Shown: in pieces, positions 21,764 to 34,699 of the stretch
Position numbering within the stretch: position 1 is the stretch's first letter
How the letters are laid out: each line of letters starts with the position of its first letter
Assembly (NCBI GenBank): GCA_025360745.1
Contig: JANYBP010000005.1
Location: 127 to 64,126 of the forward strand
From: a bacterium
GTDB lineage: Bacteria; Verrucomicrobiota; Kiritimatiellia; CAIKKV01; CAIYGI01
Direction of reading: 5' to 3'
DNA: 64,000 nt
Notes under the pieces: generated by a model
What the model was told of the DNA's origin: nothing
Database searches by the model: none
The model's input: only the letters and a program-made list of their open reading frames with translations
Position numbers and translations under genes: made by a program

Positions 21764-21779
21764 CGCGGGGTGGGGCGCG

Positions 21780-22541
21780 TTACGCGCTCTCCTTCTCGAT
21801 CTCCGCCAGTACGCTGTCGTCCATGTCCATGTTCGTGAAAACGTTCTGCACGTCGTCGTGTTCTTCCAGCGCATCCACGAAACGCATCACGGATTTGGCC
21901 ACGGCCTTGTCGGAGATCGGCACGTAGGTCTCGGGAATCATCCTGACCTCGGCCTGTTCCGTCTTGATCCCGGCTTTTTCGATCGCTTCCTGCACCGGCA
22001 AGAGCATGGCCGGATCGGTCAGGATTTCGAACTCTTCGCCTTCGTTGGTCATATCGTCGGCGCCGGCGTTAAGCACGATATCCATCAGTTTGTCTTCGTC
22101 CACCCCCTCCGACGGCACCAGAATCTGGCCGCGCCGCTTGAAGCCGCGCGAAACGGAGCCCTGCGAGGCGAAGCTCGATCCGTGGCGGGAGAAGATAAAA
22201 CGGATTTCGGCCGCCGCGCGGTTTTTGTTGTCGGTGAGGACATTCACGATCAGTCCCACGCCGCCCTCGGCGAAGCCTTCGTAGGTGATCTCCTCCATGA
22301 TCTCGCCGACCAGTTCGCCGGTGCCTTTCTTGATGGCCCGATCGATATTTTCGTTGGGCATGCTGATGGCCTTGCAACGCGCCACCAATGCGCGCAGGGA
22401 CGGATTGGTTTCCAGGATGCCGCCGCCCTGCTTGGCCACGAGCATCAACTCCTTGGCCATCTTGCTGAATACCTTGCCGCGCTTGGCATCGATCAGGCCC
22501 TTTTTGTGCTTAATAGTCGCCCATTTACTATGACCGCTCAT
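21780..22541 (-). CDS. yebC: YebC/PmpR family protein
   Basis: MSGHSKWATIKHKK, IDRAIKKG, TDNKNR, LEEHDDVQNVFTN. Upstream of ruvC. Confidence 0.96.
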   Translation of the reverse strand: MSGHSKWATIKHKKGLIDAKRGKVFSKMAKELMLVAKQGGGILETNPSLRALVARCKAISMPNENIDRAIKKGTGELVGEIMEEITYEGFAEGGVGLIVNVLTDNKNRAAAEIRFIFSRHGSSFASQGSVSRGFKRRGQILVPSEGVDEDKLMDIVLNAGADDMTNEGEEFEILTDPAMLLPVQEAIEKAGIKTEQAEVRMIPETYVPISDKAVAKSVMRFVDALEEHDDVQNVFTNMDMDDSVLAEIEKESA

Positions 22542-23530
22542 CGTCGTTTCCTTCCAGTTTGCTCGCCGTTATCCAACATCGTTCGTACGCCCACCGCCGC
22601 GGCGCCGGGCGGCATGCGAAAACCTATCAAATTGTCATCAGGCGGCGTTCCGCCAAATTCCTGCATCCAACCGGTCTCGAAGTCGAGATCCGCGACCGCC
22701 TCCGCCACCAGTTCGTATTCGGCCTCCGTCACGCTCCGGTTCCACGGCGCGCCACTATCTTTGGCGCGGTGCGCCGGCATATACTGCGCCATCACGCTCA
22801 CCGCGGCCCGGGGCTCGCTCGCACGCAGCCAGCGCAGGCTGGCCACGGCCTCCGCCGCTCGTCCCGGCAGAATCAGAATACGCGCGATCATGCCGCGCAT
22901 GGCCAGACCGTCCGCGTCGAGCCTGAGCGGCCCGGTCTGCCGCACCATCTCCAAGAGCGCCGCGCGCGCCTTCTCCACATAGTCGTCCGCCGCCGAGGCC
23001 GCGCCGGCCGTGGCCGGATCGGCGTAGCGCAGGTCGGTCAAATAGACCGCCACCCGTCCCGCGCACTCGCGCAACGTCTCCAAACTCTCGTATCCGCTGG
23101 TGTTATACACGACCGGAAGCCGCACGCCCAGCGCGGCGAGACGGTCGAGCGACGCCCAGATCCACGGCAACCAGGGCGTCGGACTTACCAGATTCCAGTT
23201 ATGACAACCCCAATCCGCCAGCTGACGGAAAATATCATCCAGCCCGCCCGCGTCGCAAGACACACCAGCCCCATCCTGGCTCCAGGGATGGTTTTGGCAG
23301 TACAAGCAGCGCAATGTGCAGCGGCTGAAGAAGATCGTACCTGATCCGCGCGTTCCCGACAAGGGGGGCTCTTCGCCAAAATGCGGCCCGTAGCGGAAGA
23401 CCTCCACGGCGTTTCCGGCCCCGCACCAGCCCTTCCGTCCGGCCGCCCGGTCAACTCCGCAGTTTCGCGGACAGAGACGACAGGCCGAAAGGGGGAAAAC
23501 TAGAGGAATTTGGGTGAGATTGTTCGTAAT
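22538..23530 (-). CDS. PflX-like radical SAM protein; canonical start codon absent (5' end uncertain)
   Basis: HFGEEPPLSG..GSGTIFFSRCTLRCLYCQN, HNWNLVSPT, VVYNTSGYE, VSVMAQY. In-frame upstream CRLCPRNCGVDR..GWCGAG lies before the first GTG (23407). ATT at 23530 is a possible start. Confidence 0.8.
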   Translation of the reverse strand: MTNNLTQIPLVFPLSACRLCPRNCGVDRAAGRKGWCGAGNAVEVFRYGPHFGEEPPLSGTRGSGTIFFSRCTLRCLYCQNHPWSQDGAGVSCDAGGLDDIFRQLADWGCHNWNLVSPTPWLPWIWASLDRLAALGVRLPVVYNTSGYESLETLRECAGRVAVYLTDLRYADPATAGAASAADDYVEKARAALLEMVRQTGPLRLDADGLAMRGMIARILILPGRAAEAVASLRWLRASEPRAAVSVMAQYMPAHRAKDSGAPWNRSVTEAEYELVAEAVADLDFETGWMQEFGGTPPDDNLIGFRMPPGAAAVGVRTMLDNGEQTGRKRR

Positions 23531-23546
23531 AGCCCGGGTGTTCAGT

Positions 23547-23786
23547 TCAAAATCCCCACTCCCTCAAGCCGGCATCGCCCAAGGGGGCAAACGCATCCTT
23601 TTTACACTTGACCCGTTCGGAGGTAACGGTCCCCACCATTGGCCGGCGGCGGCCAGTGGGAACAATTGCCGTCAACCGTCCGGCTGGCACTTGGCCACAC
23701 ATGATGACGAGCTCTTCGCCGTGCTGTACTTCTTTCAAGAGCCGCGAGAGATGCGTCTTGGCGTAATGCGTTGTGATGGTTTTCAT
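23547..23786 (-). CDS. Phd/YefM family type II antitoxin (no adjacent toxin)
   Basis: MKTITTHYAKTHLSRLLKEVQHGEELVI..PAGRL, with an acidic/aromatic C-terminus (DAFAPL..EW). Confidence 0.85.
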   Translation of the reverse strand: MKTITTHYAKTHLSRLLKEVQHGEELVIMCGQVPAGRLTAIVPTGRRRPMVGTVTSERVKCKKDAFAPLGDAGLREWGF

Positions 23787-23793
23787 GGGGCAA

Positions 23794-23817
23794 AGCATAA
23801 GGGTTGGTCCTGACTAA
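23794..23817 (-). promoter_or_regulatory. Putative -10 (TATGCT) 7 nt before the antitoxin ATG plus near-palindromic operator TTAGTCAGGACCAA
   Basis: - strand reads ttagtcaggaccaa ccct TATGCT ttgcccc ATG. Operator-like TTRGTC-NN-GACYAA at 23804-23817. Confidence 0.55.
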
Positions 23818-23839
23818 ATTAAGCTGTATTCGCTGCGTT

Positions 23840-23890
23840 CCTGACCCTGAACCCTGAACCCTGAACACCGAACACCGGACACTGAACACC
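23840..23890 (+). repeat. Heptamer array, 7 units of CTGAACC/CYGAACA type
   Basis: cctgacc ctgaacc ctgaacc ctgaaca ccgaaca ccggaca ctgaaca cc. The terminal actgaacacc (23881-23890) is the exact reverse complement of ggtgttcagt (23537-23546). Confidence 0.92.
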
Positions 23891-23900
23891 TTTCGCTCCG

Positions 23901-25937
23901 CTACTCCTCGTCGCTATCCTTGACATGCACGGCGGCGGCGATGATTTTCTGGGCCACATTGGCGGGTACGACATCGTAGCGCGCGAAGGTGGCTTCGAAC
24001 GAGGCGCGTCCGCCGGTCATGCTGCGCAGTTCGGCGCAGTAGTGGAAGATGTCGGACTGCGGGATCTCTGCGATCAGCACCTGCATGCCCTCGTCCGACT
24101 CCATGCTCACGATCCGTCCGCGTTTGTGGCTGAGGTCGCCGCTGACATCGCCCATGAAGTGATCGGGAACCGAGATCCTGACGGTCATGATCGGTTCCAG
24201 CAGCACGGGACGCGCCTTGCTCATGCCGTCGCGGAAAGCCCGCGAACCGGCGATTTTGAAAGCGATTTCCGAGGAATCCACGTCGTGGAACGAACCGTCA
24301 TAAACCACGGCCTTCACATTCACCACGGGGAAACCCGCCACGCTACCGCGATCCATGGCCATCGCAAAGCCCTTCTGAATCGCCGGCATGAAGTTGCCGG
24401 GAATCGAGCCGCCGACGGTCTTGTTGCCGAACCATTCCTGGTCGGATGAAGCCTTGGGCTCGATGAACATGTAGACCTCGCCGTACTGGCCGCGGCCGCC
24501 GGTCTGCTTTTTGTGTTTGTAGTGGCCCTCGCCGCGCGTCGTCACGGTTTCCTTGTACGGCACCTTTGGGGTGCTGAGAGTCACCTCGACGTGGTTGCGG
24601 CTGTGCATGCGTTCCACGGCCACGGCGATGTGCAGGTCGCCCATGGCCGCCAGCACCATTTCGTGCGTGTCGGCATTGCGCTCGACGTGAATGGTCGGGT
24701 CCTCCTCGGCCACACGGTGCAGCGCCGTCCCGATCTTATCGTCGTCACCCTGGGTTTTGGCCGTCACCGCGCTCCAGGCCACGGGATTGGGGAAAACGAA
24801 GGGCGCGAAGGTCGCCTGGGTCCCGGTCTGGCAAAGGGCCTCGCCCAGCGAGGTGGCTTTCAGTTTGGCCAGCGCCACGATGTCGCCGGCCGTGGCCTTG
24901 TCCACCGCCGCCGATTTTTTGCCCGCCAGATTGAGCAGGCTGACGATGTGTTCCTTCTGTCCCTTGGCGGAATTGGTCACGTCGGACTCGGCCTTGAGCG
25001 TGCCGCCGGCCACGTAGACGAAGGCCACCGGACCGACAAAGGGATCGTTGACGGTTTTCCAGACGAAACCGACGAACGGCGCTTCGGGGGAGGGATCGAC
25101 CGCTTTTCCGCCGACATCCTTCATCGGACGATCGAGCGGCGACGGGAACCAGCGCGCCACGCCTTCCATGAACTCCGTTATGCCGAGGCCCTTGGGCGCG
25201 GCCATGGCAAAAATCGGCGTCAGCGCGCGTTTCGCCATCGCGGTGCGCGCGCCGCGGGCAATTTCCTCTTCCGACAGCGTCCCGTCCTTGAGGAATTTCT
25301 CGGTCAGTTCGTCATCCGTCTCCGCGGCGATTTCCATCAGCTTGTCCCGGGCGGAAGCCGCCGCATCGGCCAATTCGGTCGGCACGTTCGCGCTCAAAAT
25401 GTCGGCCACTCCGCTGAGATTCGCCAGCGGCAGGACCATCGGGACGCAGGCGCCGCCCCAGGCCGTTTGAACGGCCGTCAGGGCTTTTTCGAAGGAGGTG
25501 TTTTCGCGGTCGAGACCTGTGATCAGGACGGCCACCGGCAAGCCCATCTTTTCGGCCAGCGCCCAACTGCGCAGTGTGCCCACTTGTAGCCCCGCGTGGG
25601 CGTCCACCACCACCACCATGGCCCCGGCGACGCGCGCCGCCTGAATCGTCTGCCCGGCAAAATCGGCGAAACCCGGGGTGTCCAAAATCGTCATCTGCAA
25701 CTTGCGACCGCTGGCCAGCTTGGGGGGAGTGAGCGTGAAGGACTTGGCCGAGATCGTGGTTTTGTGCTTTTTCTCTTCGTCGAGGTAATCCGCCATGCTC
25801 GAACCGTTCGCCACCGAGCCCTGGCGATCGTTCACGCCCAGCGTGAAGAGCAAGGTGTCCACCAGCGTCGTTTTGCCGCTGCCGGAATGGCCCGCGAGCA
25901 TGAAGTTACGCACATCCCCGACGTTGACATCCTTCAT
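23901..25937 (-). CDS. Elongation factor G paralogue (EF-G2/FusA2-like)
   Basis: GHSGSGKTT, DTPGFADF, EEDPT, MGDLH, HKKQTGGRGQYG, GSFHDVDSSEIAF, LLEPIM, LRSMTGGR. Not located in the str operon. Confidence 0.9.
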   Translation of the reverse strand: MKDVNVGDVRNFMLAGHSGSGKTTLVDTLLFTLGVNDRQGSVANGSSMADYLDEEKKHKTTISAKSFTLTPPKLASGRKLQMTILDTPGFADFAGQTIQAARVAGAMVVVVDAHAGLQVGTLRSWALAEKMGLPVAVLITGLDRENTSFEKALTAVQTAWGGACVPMVLPLANLSGVADILSANVPTELADAAASARDKLMEIAAETDDELTEKFLKDGTLSEEEIARGARTAMAKRALTPIFAMAAPKGLGITEFMEGVARWFPSPLDRPMKDVGGKAVDPSPEAPFVGFVWKTVNDPFVGPVAFVYVAGGTLKAESDVTNSAKGQKEHIVSLLNLAGKKSAAVDKATAGDIVALAKLKATSLGEALCQTGTQATFAPFVFPNPVAWSAVTAKTQGDDDKIGTALHRVAEEDPTIHVERNADTHEMVLAAMGDLHIAVAVERMHSRNHVEVTLSTPKVPYKETVTTRGEGHYKHKKQTGGRGQYGEVYMFIEPKASSDQEWFGNKTVGGSIPGNFMPAIQKGFAMAMDRGSVAGFPVVNVKAVVYDGSFHDVDSSEIAFKIAGSRAFRDGMSKARPVLLEPIMTVRISVPDHFMGDVSGDLSHKRGRIVSMESDEGMQVLIAEIPQSDIFHYCAELRSMTGGRASFEATFARYDVVPANVAQKIIAAAVHVKDSDEE

Positions 25938-26067
25938 AGCACATCCTTTCGCTGTTTATTGACACCCCCCACGACTCTTGAAAAGCGCATCCGTATCGCC
26001 CATTTCCACTGACGCCGGACTGAATAAATGAACTCTTAGCATACAGCAGGTGTTCCTTCAATGCCGA

Positions 26068-28533
<2,466 letters not shown>

Positions 28534-28560
28534 GGCGATCTTTCTGGAAAATCAGGCTGC

Positions 28561-31017
<2,457 letters not shown>

Positions 31018-31040
31018 TTAGTCCTGTCGCTAATGACGTT

Positions 31041-31069
31041 TTTATACTACAAAGCAGCCACGCTTTCAA
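31041..31069 (-). promoter_or_regulatory. Sigma70-type promoter of gyrB-gyrA
   Basis: - strand TTGAAA (31069-31064), 17-nt spacer, TATAAA (31046-31041). Confidence 0.7.
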
Positions 31070-31114
31070 GGCTGGAATGCTCAATTTGACGAATTATTTT
31101 TCGACCAAAAAATG

Positions 31115-31185
31115 AGTTGGACGGGCGGACTTGGCGGACAGGTTGGATAGGTCGGACAGGTCGGACAGGTCAGACGGACCGGACT
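31115..31185 (+). repeat. Nonamer tandem array (~8 units, consensus GGTCGGACA)
   Basis: ..tggcggaca ggttggata ggtcggaca ggtcggaca ggtcagacg gaccggact, between the tsaD stop and the gyrB promoter. Confidence 0.85.
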
Positions 31186-31208
31186 TTGGCGCTGGAATTT
31201 GAACTGGC

Positions 31209-32255
31209 TCAGCCGAATTCGACGCTGGGGCAGGCGTCCAGGGCCAGGCTTTCGGCGAGGGTGGGGGACTGCTTGTGCGCGGCCAGGCCGGCCACCATGG
31301 CGGCGTTGTCGGTGCAGTAGGCCGGTTCCGCCAGCAACAGACGAAAGCCGCGTGCGGCGGCGGCGGCGGCGAGCAATTCGCGCAGGCGGCGGTTGAGCGA
31401 TACGCCTCCGGCCACTACCAGCGTTTCGTTTCGGCCCAGCGCAGTCAACGTGCGCGTCACCAGTGTGTCTACAATGGCTTCCTGATAACTGGCCGCCAGA
31501 TCGGCCACCGCGGGGTTCCCATCGCGGCCGGGAGGATACTTGCGCAGATGGTAAAGCAGCGCCGTTTTGATGCCGCTGAAACTGAAACAGGCGTTGGGAT
31601 CGACGTCGTCGGCGAAGCGCGCATGCAGTTTGCGCGGAAAGCCGCGCGGGAAAAGCACGGCGCCGGGATTTCCGCCTTCGCGCGCGGCGCGGTCGATCGC
31701 CGGGCCGCCGGGATAACCCAGGCCGAGCAGCGAAGCGCCCTTGTCGAAAGCCTCGCCGGCGGCATCGTCCACCGTTTGTCCGATCAGGCGATAACGGCCG
31801 GGGGCCTCGACGTTCAAGAGGAGGGTGTGGCCGCCGGAGACGATCAGGGCCAGGCAGGGCATGACGCTTTCCCAGGCGGGCGCCTTGGGCCCCAGAAAGG
31901 CGGAGTAGAGATGCGCCTCCATGTGGTGAATGCCGATCAGCGGCCGCTCGAGGCGCAGGGCCAGCCCTTTGGCGGCGGCCAGGCCGACCAGCAGGCTGCT
32001 GGCAAGTCCGGGACCGTAGGTGACGGCCAGCGCATCGAGCTGGGACCACTCCAGTCCCGCACCGCGCACGGCCTCGGCGAGCACCTCGGGGAGGTGTTCG
32101 ACATGCTGCCGCGAGGCGATTTCCGGCACCACGCCGCCGTAGGGACGGTGGGCGGCGATCTGACTATGCACGATGCTGGAGAGCACCTGACGGCCGTCGC
32201 GCACGACCGCGGCGGAGGTCTCGTCGCATGATGTCTCGATGCCCAGAATATTCAT
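31209..32255 (-). CDS. tsaD: tRNA N6-threonylcarbamoyladenosine transferase TsaD
   Basis: ILGIETSCDETS, GGVVPEIASRQH, HHMEAH, VSGGHT, DDAAGEAFDK, FSFSGIKT, CTDNAAM. ATG at 32255. Confidence 0.96.
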   Translation of the reverse strand: MNILGIETSCDETSAAVVRDGRQVLSSIVHSQIAAHRPYGGVVPEIASRQHVEHLPEVLAEAVRGAGLEWSQLDALAVTYGPGLASSLLVGLAAAKGLALRLERPLIGIHHMEAHLYSAFLGPKAPAWESVMPCLALIVSGGHTLLLNVEAPGRYRLIGQTVDDAAGEAFDKGASLLGLGYPGGPAIDRAAREGGNPGAVLFPRGFPRKLHARFADDVDPNACFSFSGIKTALLYHLRKYPPGRDGNPAVADLAASYQEAIVDTLVTRTLTALGRNETLVVAGGVSLNRRLRELLAAAAAARGFRLLLAEPAYCTDNAAMVAGLAAHKQSPTLAESLALDACPSVEFG

Positions 32256-32263
32256 GCGCGCGA

Positions 32264-34699
32264 TCAGTCCAGATACCACAACTTGCGGAGCAGGTATTCG
32301 ATGCAGAGCAGGAGCGCGGCAATAATCAGCATGCCGGCCCAGTCCCAGAGGGTGCGTTCGAAAGTCACGGGCTGTCGCGGGCGCTGTTCCGCAATTGTCG
32401 CCAGTAACTGACGCGCGAATTTCGTCATATAGGCGGCATCCGCGAAGCAATCCCTGCCGGCCCGTTCCAGGACTGCGCGATCCTTCGATAACTCGTCGGA
32501 GCGCCGCCGGGCCTCAGCGCCGAACTTGCCTTCGTATGGCCGCAGCGTGGCCGACAGTTCGGCCGGGACGAAGACTGCTCCGCCCGTTTTTTCGGCCAGA
32601 TCGTTGAGCAGCGCCAGGTGCAGGGCGGAATCCACGAACTCCCGGTTGATCTTGAGCGCCGTGAGCTCGACCGGTTCGGCCTGGTATTCGGCCGGCAGTC
32701 GCAGCAGCCAGCGGCCGTCGCTGTCGGGATAGAACGAGCCGCGGAAGATGCCGGGCCGGTCCGCCGATCCGTCGAGCTTGACGTGTATTTCCCCGCCCGC
32801 CTCGTTCTTTGCCAGCACCTCGATCGACTCCGCCAGGTGGGGCGAAAAATCGCGATTGCGGATCATGCCCGTCAGCATCACACGCTCGTTCATCGCCACT
32901 TCCAGCCGGTCGGGAATCAGGCGCGCCTGCGCCGATTCGCGCAGCAGGTGCGGAAGCCCGAGGAACTGCACGACCTTGCCCCAGTAGTCGCGGAAGTAGC
33001 GGTCGCCGTAGACCTTGCGCCAGCGCCAGGTGGAATCGAAGCCCATGTACAGAACGGCGCCGCGGCCATAAGTGTGATATGCAATGGCGGGAATGCGGGG
33101 CCCTTTTTCGTCGCTCCAGGCCTGAATCAGGGGAATTGCCGAAGGCTTGAGTTCCACCTGCGTGGCCAGATCGAAGAGCGGAACGAAGCGGGACCAGATC
33201 TTGCGGTTTTCAGCCGGGTTCGGATCGAAGGTCACCAGCGGATGGCCCTGTCCCTCCTCGCCGAGTTCCAGCCGGTAGGGGGTGTCCAGCGGTTTGAATA
33301 TCTCCTGCGCGAAAGTGTTTTCCCCCATCGGGGCGAGCAGGCGGACCGGCAGCAGAGGCGCCAGCACGCTGCCGCTGAAACTGTAGGGCAGGTCCGCCCC
33401 GTCGCCATGAATCACCATGCTGCCGCCGTCCTCGCTGACGAAATCCCGCAGTAGCGGGATAAAGCCTTTTGGCAGGGTTCTGATGTCCACGCGCCCGAGC
33501 ATCACGATGTCGAACTGCCGGAACAATTCGTCGCGCGTCGCCGGCAGCGTGGCCAGAAAGCCCGCCGCCCCGCCTTTCAAGACCTGCTTGTCCAGATTCT
33601 GTAGAAAGATTTTATGCTGCACGCGGCGATCGCGTTCGAAGGCGCCGTTCAGGTAACGATACTCCCAGGAGGGTTGTCCGAACACCATCAGCACACGGAT
33701 ACGGTCGCGAATGACGCGCACCTTCCGCTTGACCGTGTTGTTCTTGGCTGTAAGTTCGCGGCCGTCGGGGATCGCTTCGACGACGAGTTCCTTGATGCCT
33801 TCCTCGCGGGGCGTGACTTCGACGGGGAAGCTCCATTCGCCATCGCGTTCCGGCGTCAGTTCGGGCAGCGGCACGGGCACATTGCCCAGCGTGACCTTGA
33901 GATTCAAGGGCTTGCCGGCGAAGCCGAACTGGCGCGCGTTGACAAAAAATTTGACCTTCTCGTTGACGAACGCGATATCGTCGCCGAGTAATTGATCGAG
34001 CGATATATCCGGAGCGTCGGCGCGGCCCAGGGCGACCGCGTAGACCGGCGTCTGACGGCGCGCCAGATCGTCAATGCTGGCGTCGAGCGAATCCGGCACG
34101 TTGTTCGCGCCATCCGTAAGCAGCAAGATGCCAGGGCAATAGCCGCCCCGGTGGTCGCGAAAAGCGCCGTCCAGCATGGCGCGGATCGAAGTCCTGGTTC
34201 CGGCAATGGTCATGGCATTGGTGGCGCCGGGCTTGTCCGGCAGCGGCATGGAGACGACGTCATCCCCGTAGAGATAGGGGACCTGTTGAAGCGCCGGAAC
34301 GCCCGATGCGGCATCCCGCAGCGCGCGGGCGACGATGCGGGCCTTGTCCAGGCGCGAACTGCCGCCCGGTTTGTCCGCGATGCCCATGCTTTCCGTGCGG
34401 TCCACGACCACCGGCAGCGGACCGGATGGCCGCCCTTCACCCTCGATCTTCAGGACCGGCGCCGCCAGCATGAAAAGCATCGCGGCGTAGGCGCAGGCGC
34501 GCAGCGTGGTCAGGATCAGGCGTTGTCTGCGCGAGAGGCCCGGCGCCTTCCGATAGAGGAATACCGCCAAGGCGATAACGGCGATGATGGCGAACAGCGT
34601 GACCCAGCCCGGGAAGCGGCCTTCGATACCCATGTGATGGAGCGTTTCCACGCTTAACATGCGCGCATCGCCCGTCAACCAGTAGAGGATGCGATTCAT
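32264..34699 (-). CDS. Membrane protein with degenerate VWA and GATase1-like domains (MoxR cluster)
   Basis: Two N-terminal TMs, VVVDRTESM and LLLTDG, RVLMVFGQPSWEYRYL, GRGAVLYMGFDSTWRWR..YW, C-terminal TM. Confidence 0.75.
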   Translation of the reverse strand: MNRILYWLTGDARMLSVETLHHMGIEGRFPGWVTLFAIIAVIALAVFLYRKAPGLSRRQRLILTTLRACAYAAMLFMLAAPVLKIEGEGRPSGPLPVVVDRTESMGIADKPGGSSRLDKARIVARALRDAASGVPALQQVPYLYGDDVVSMPLPDKPGATNAMTIAGTRTSIRAMLDGAFRDHRGGYCPGILLLTDGANNVPDSLDASIDDLARRQTPVYAVALGRADAPDISLDQLLGDDIAFVNEKVKFFVNARQFGFAGKPLNLKVTLGNVPVPLPELTPERDGEWSFPVEVTPREEGIKELVVEAIPDGRELTAKNNTVKRKVRVIRDRIRVLMVFGQPSWEYRYLNGAFERDRRVQHKIFLQNLDKQVLKGGAAGFLATLPATRDELFRQFDIVMLGRVDIRTLPKGFIPLLRDFVSEDGGSMVIHGDGADLPYSFSGSVLAPLLPVRLLAPMGENTFAQEIFKPLDTPYRLELGEEGQGHPLVTFDPNPAENRKIWSRFVPLFDLATQVELKPSAIPLIQAWSDEKGPRIPAIAYHTYGRGAVLYMGFDSTWRWRKVYGDRYFRDYWGKVVQFLGLPHLLRESAQARLIPDRLEVAMNERVMLTGMIRNRDFSPHLAESIEVLAKNEAGGEIHVKLDGSADRPGIFRGSFYPDSDGRWLLRLPAEYQAEPVELTALKINREFVDSALHLALLNDLAEKTGGAVFVPAELSATLRPYEGKFGAEARRRSDELSKDRAVLERAGRDCFADAAYMTKFARQLLATIAEQRPRQPVTFERTLWDWAGMLIIAALLLCIEYLLRKLWYLD

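Noticed and set aside
31209-32450. Apparent N-terminal extension of TsaD
   Set aside because: It overlaps the upstream VWA gene. The conserved TsaD start (MNILGIETSCDE) is at 32255.
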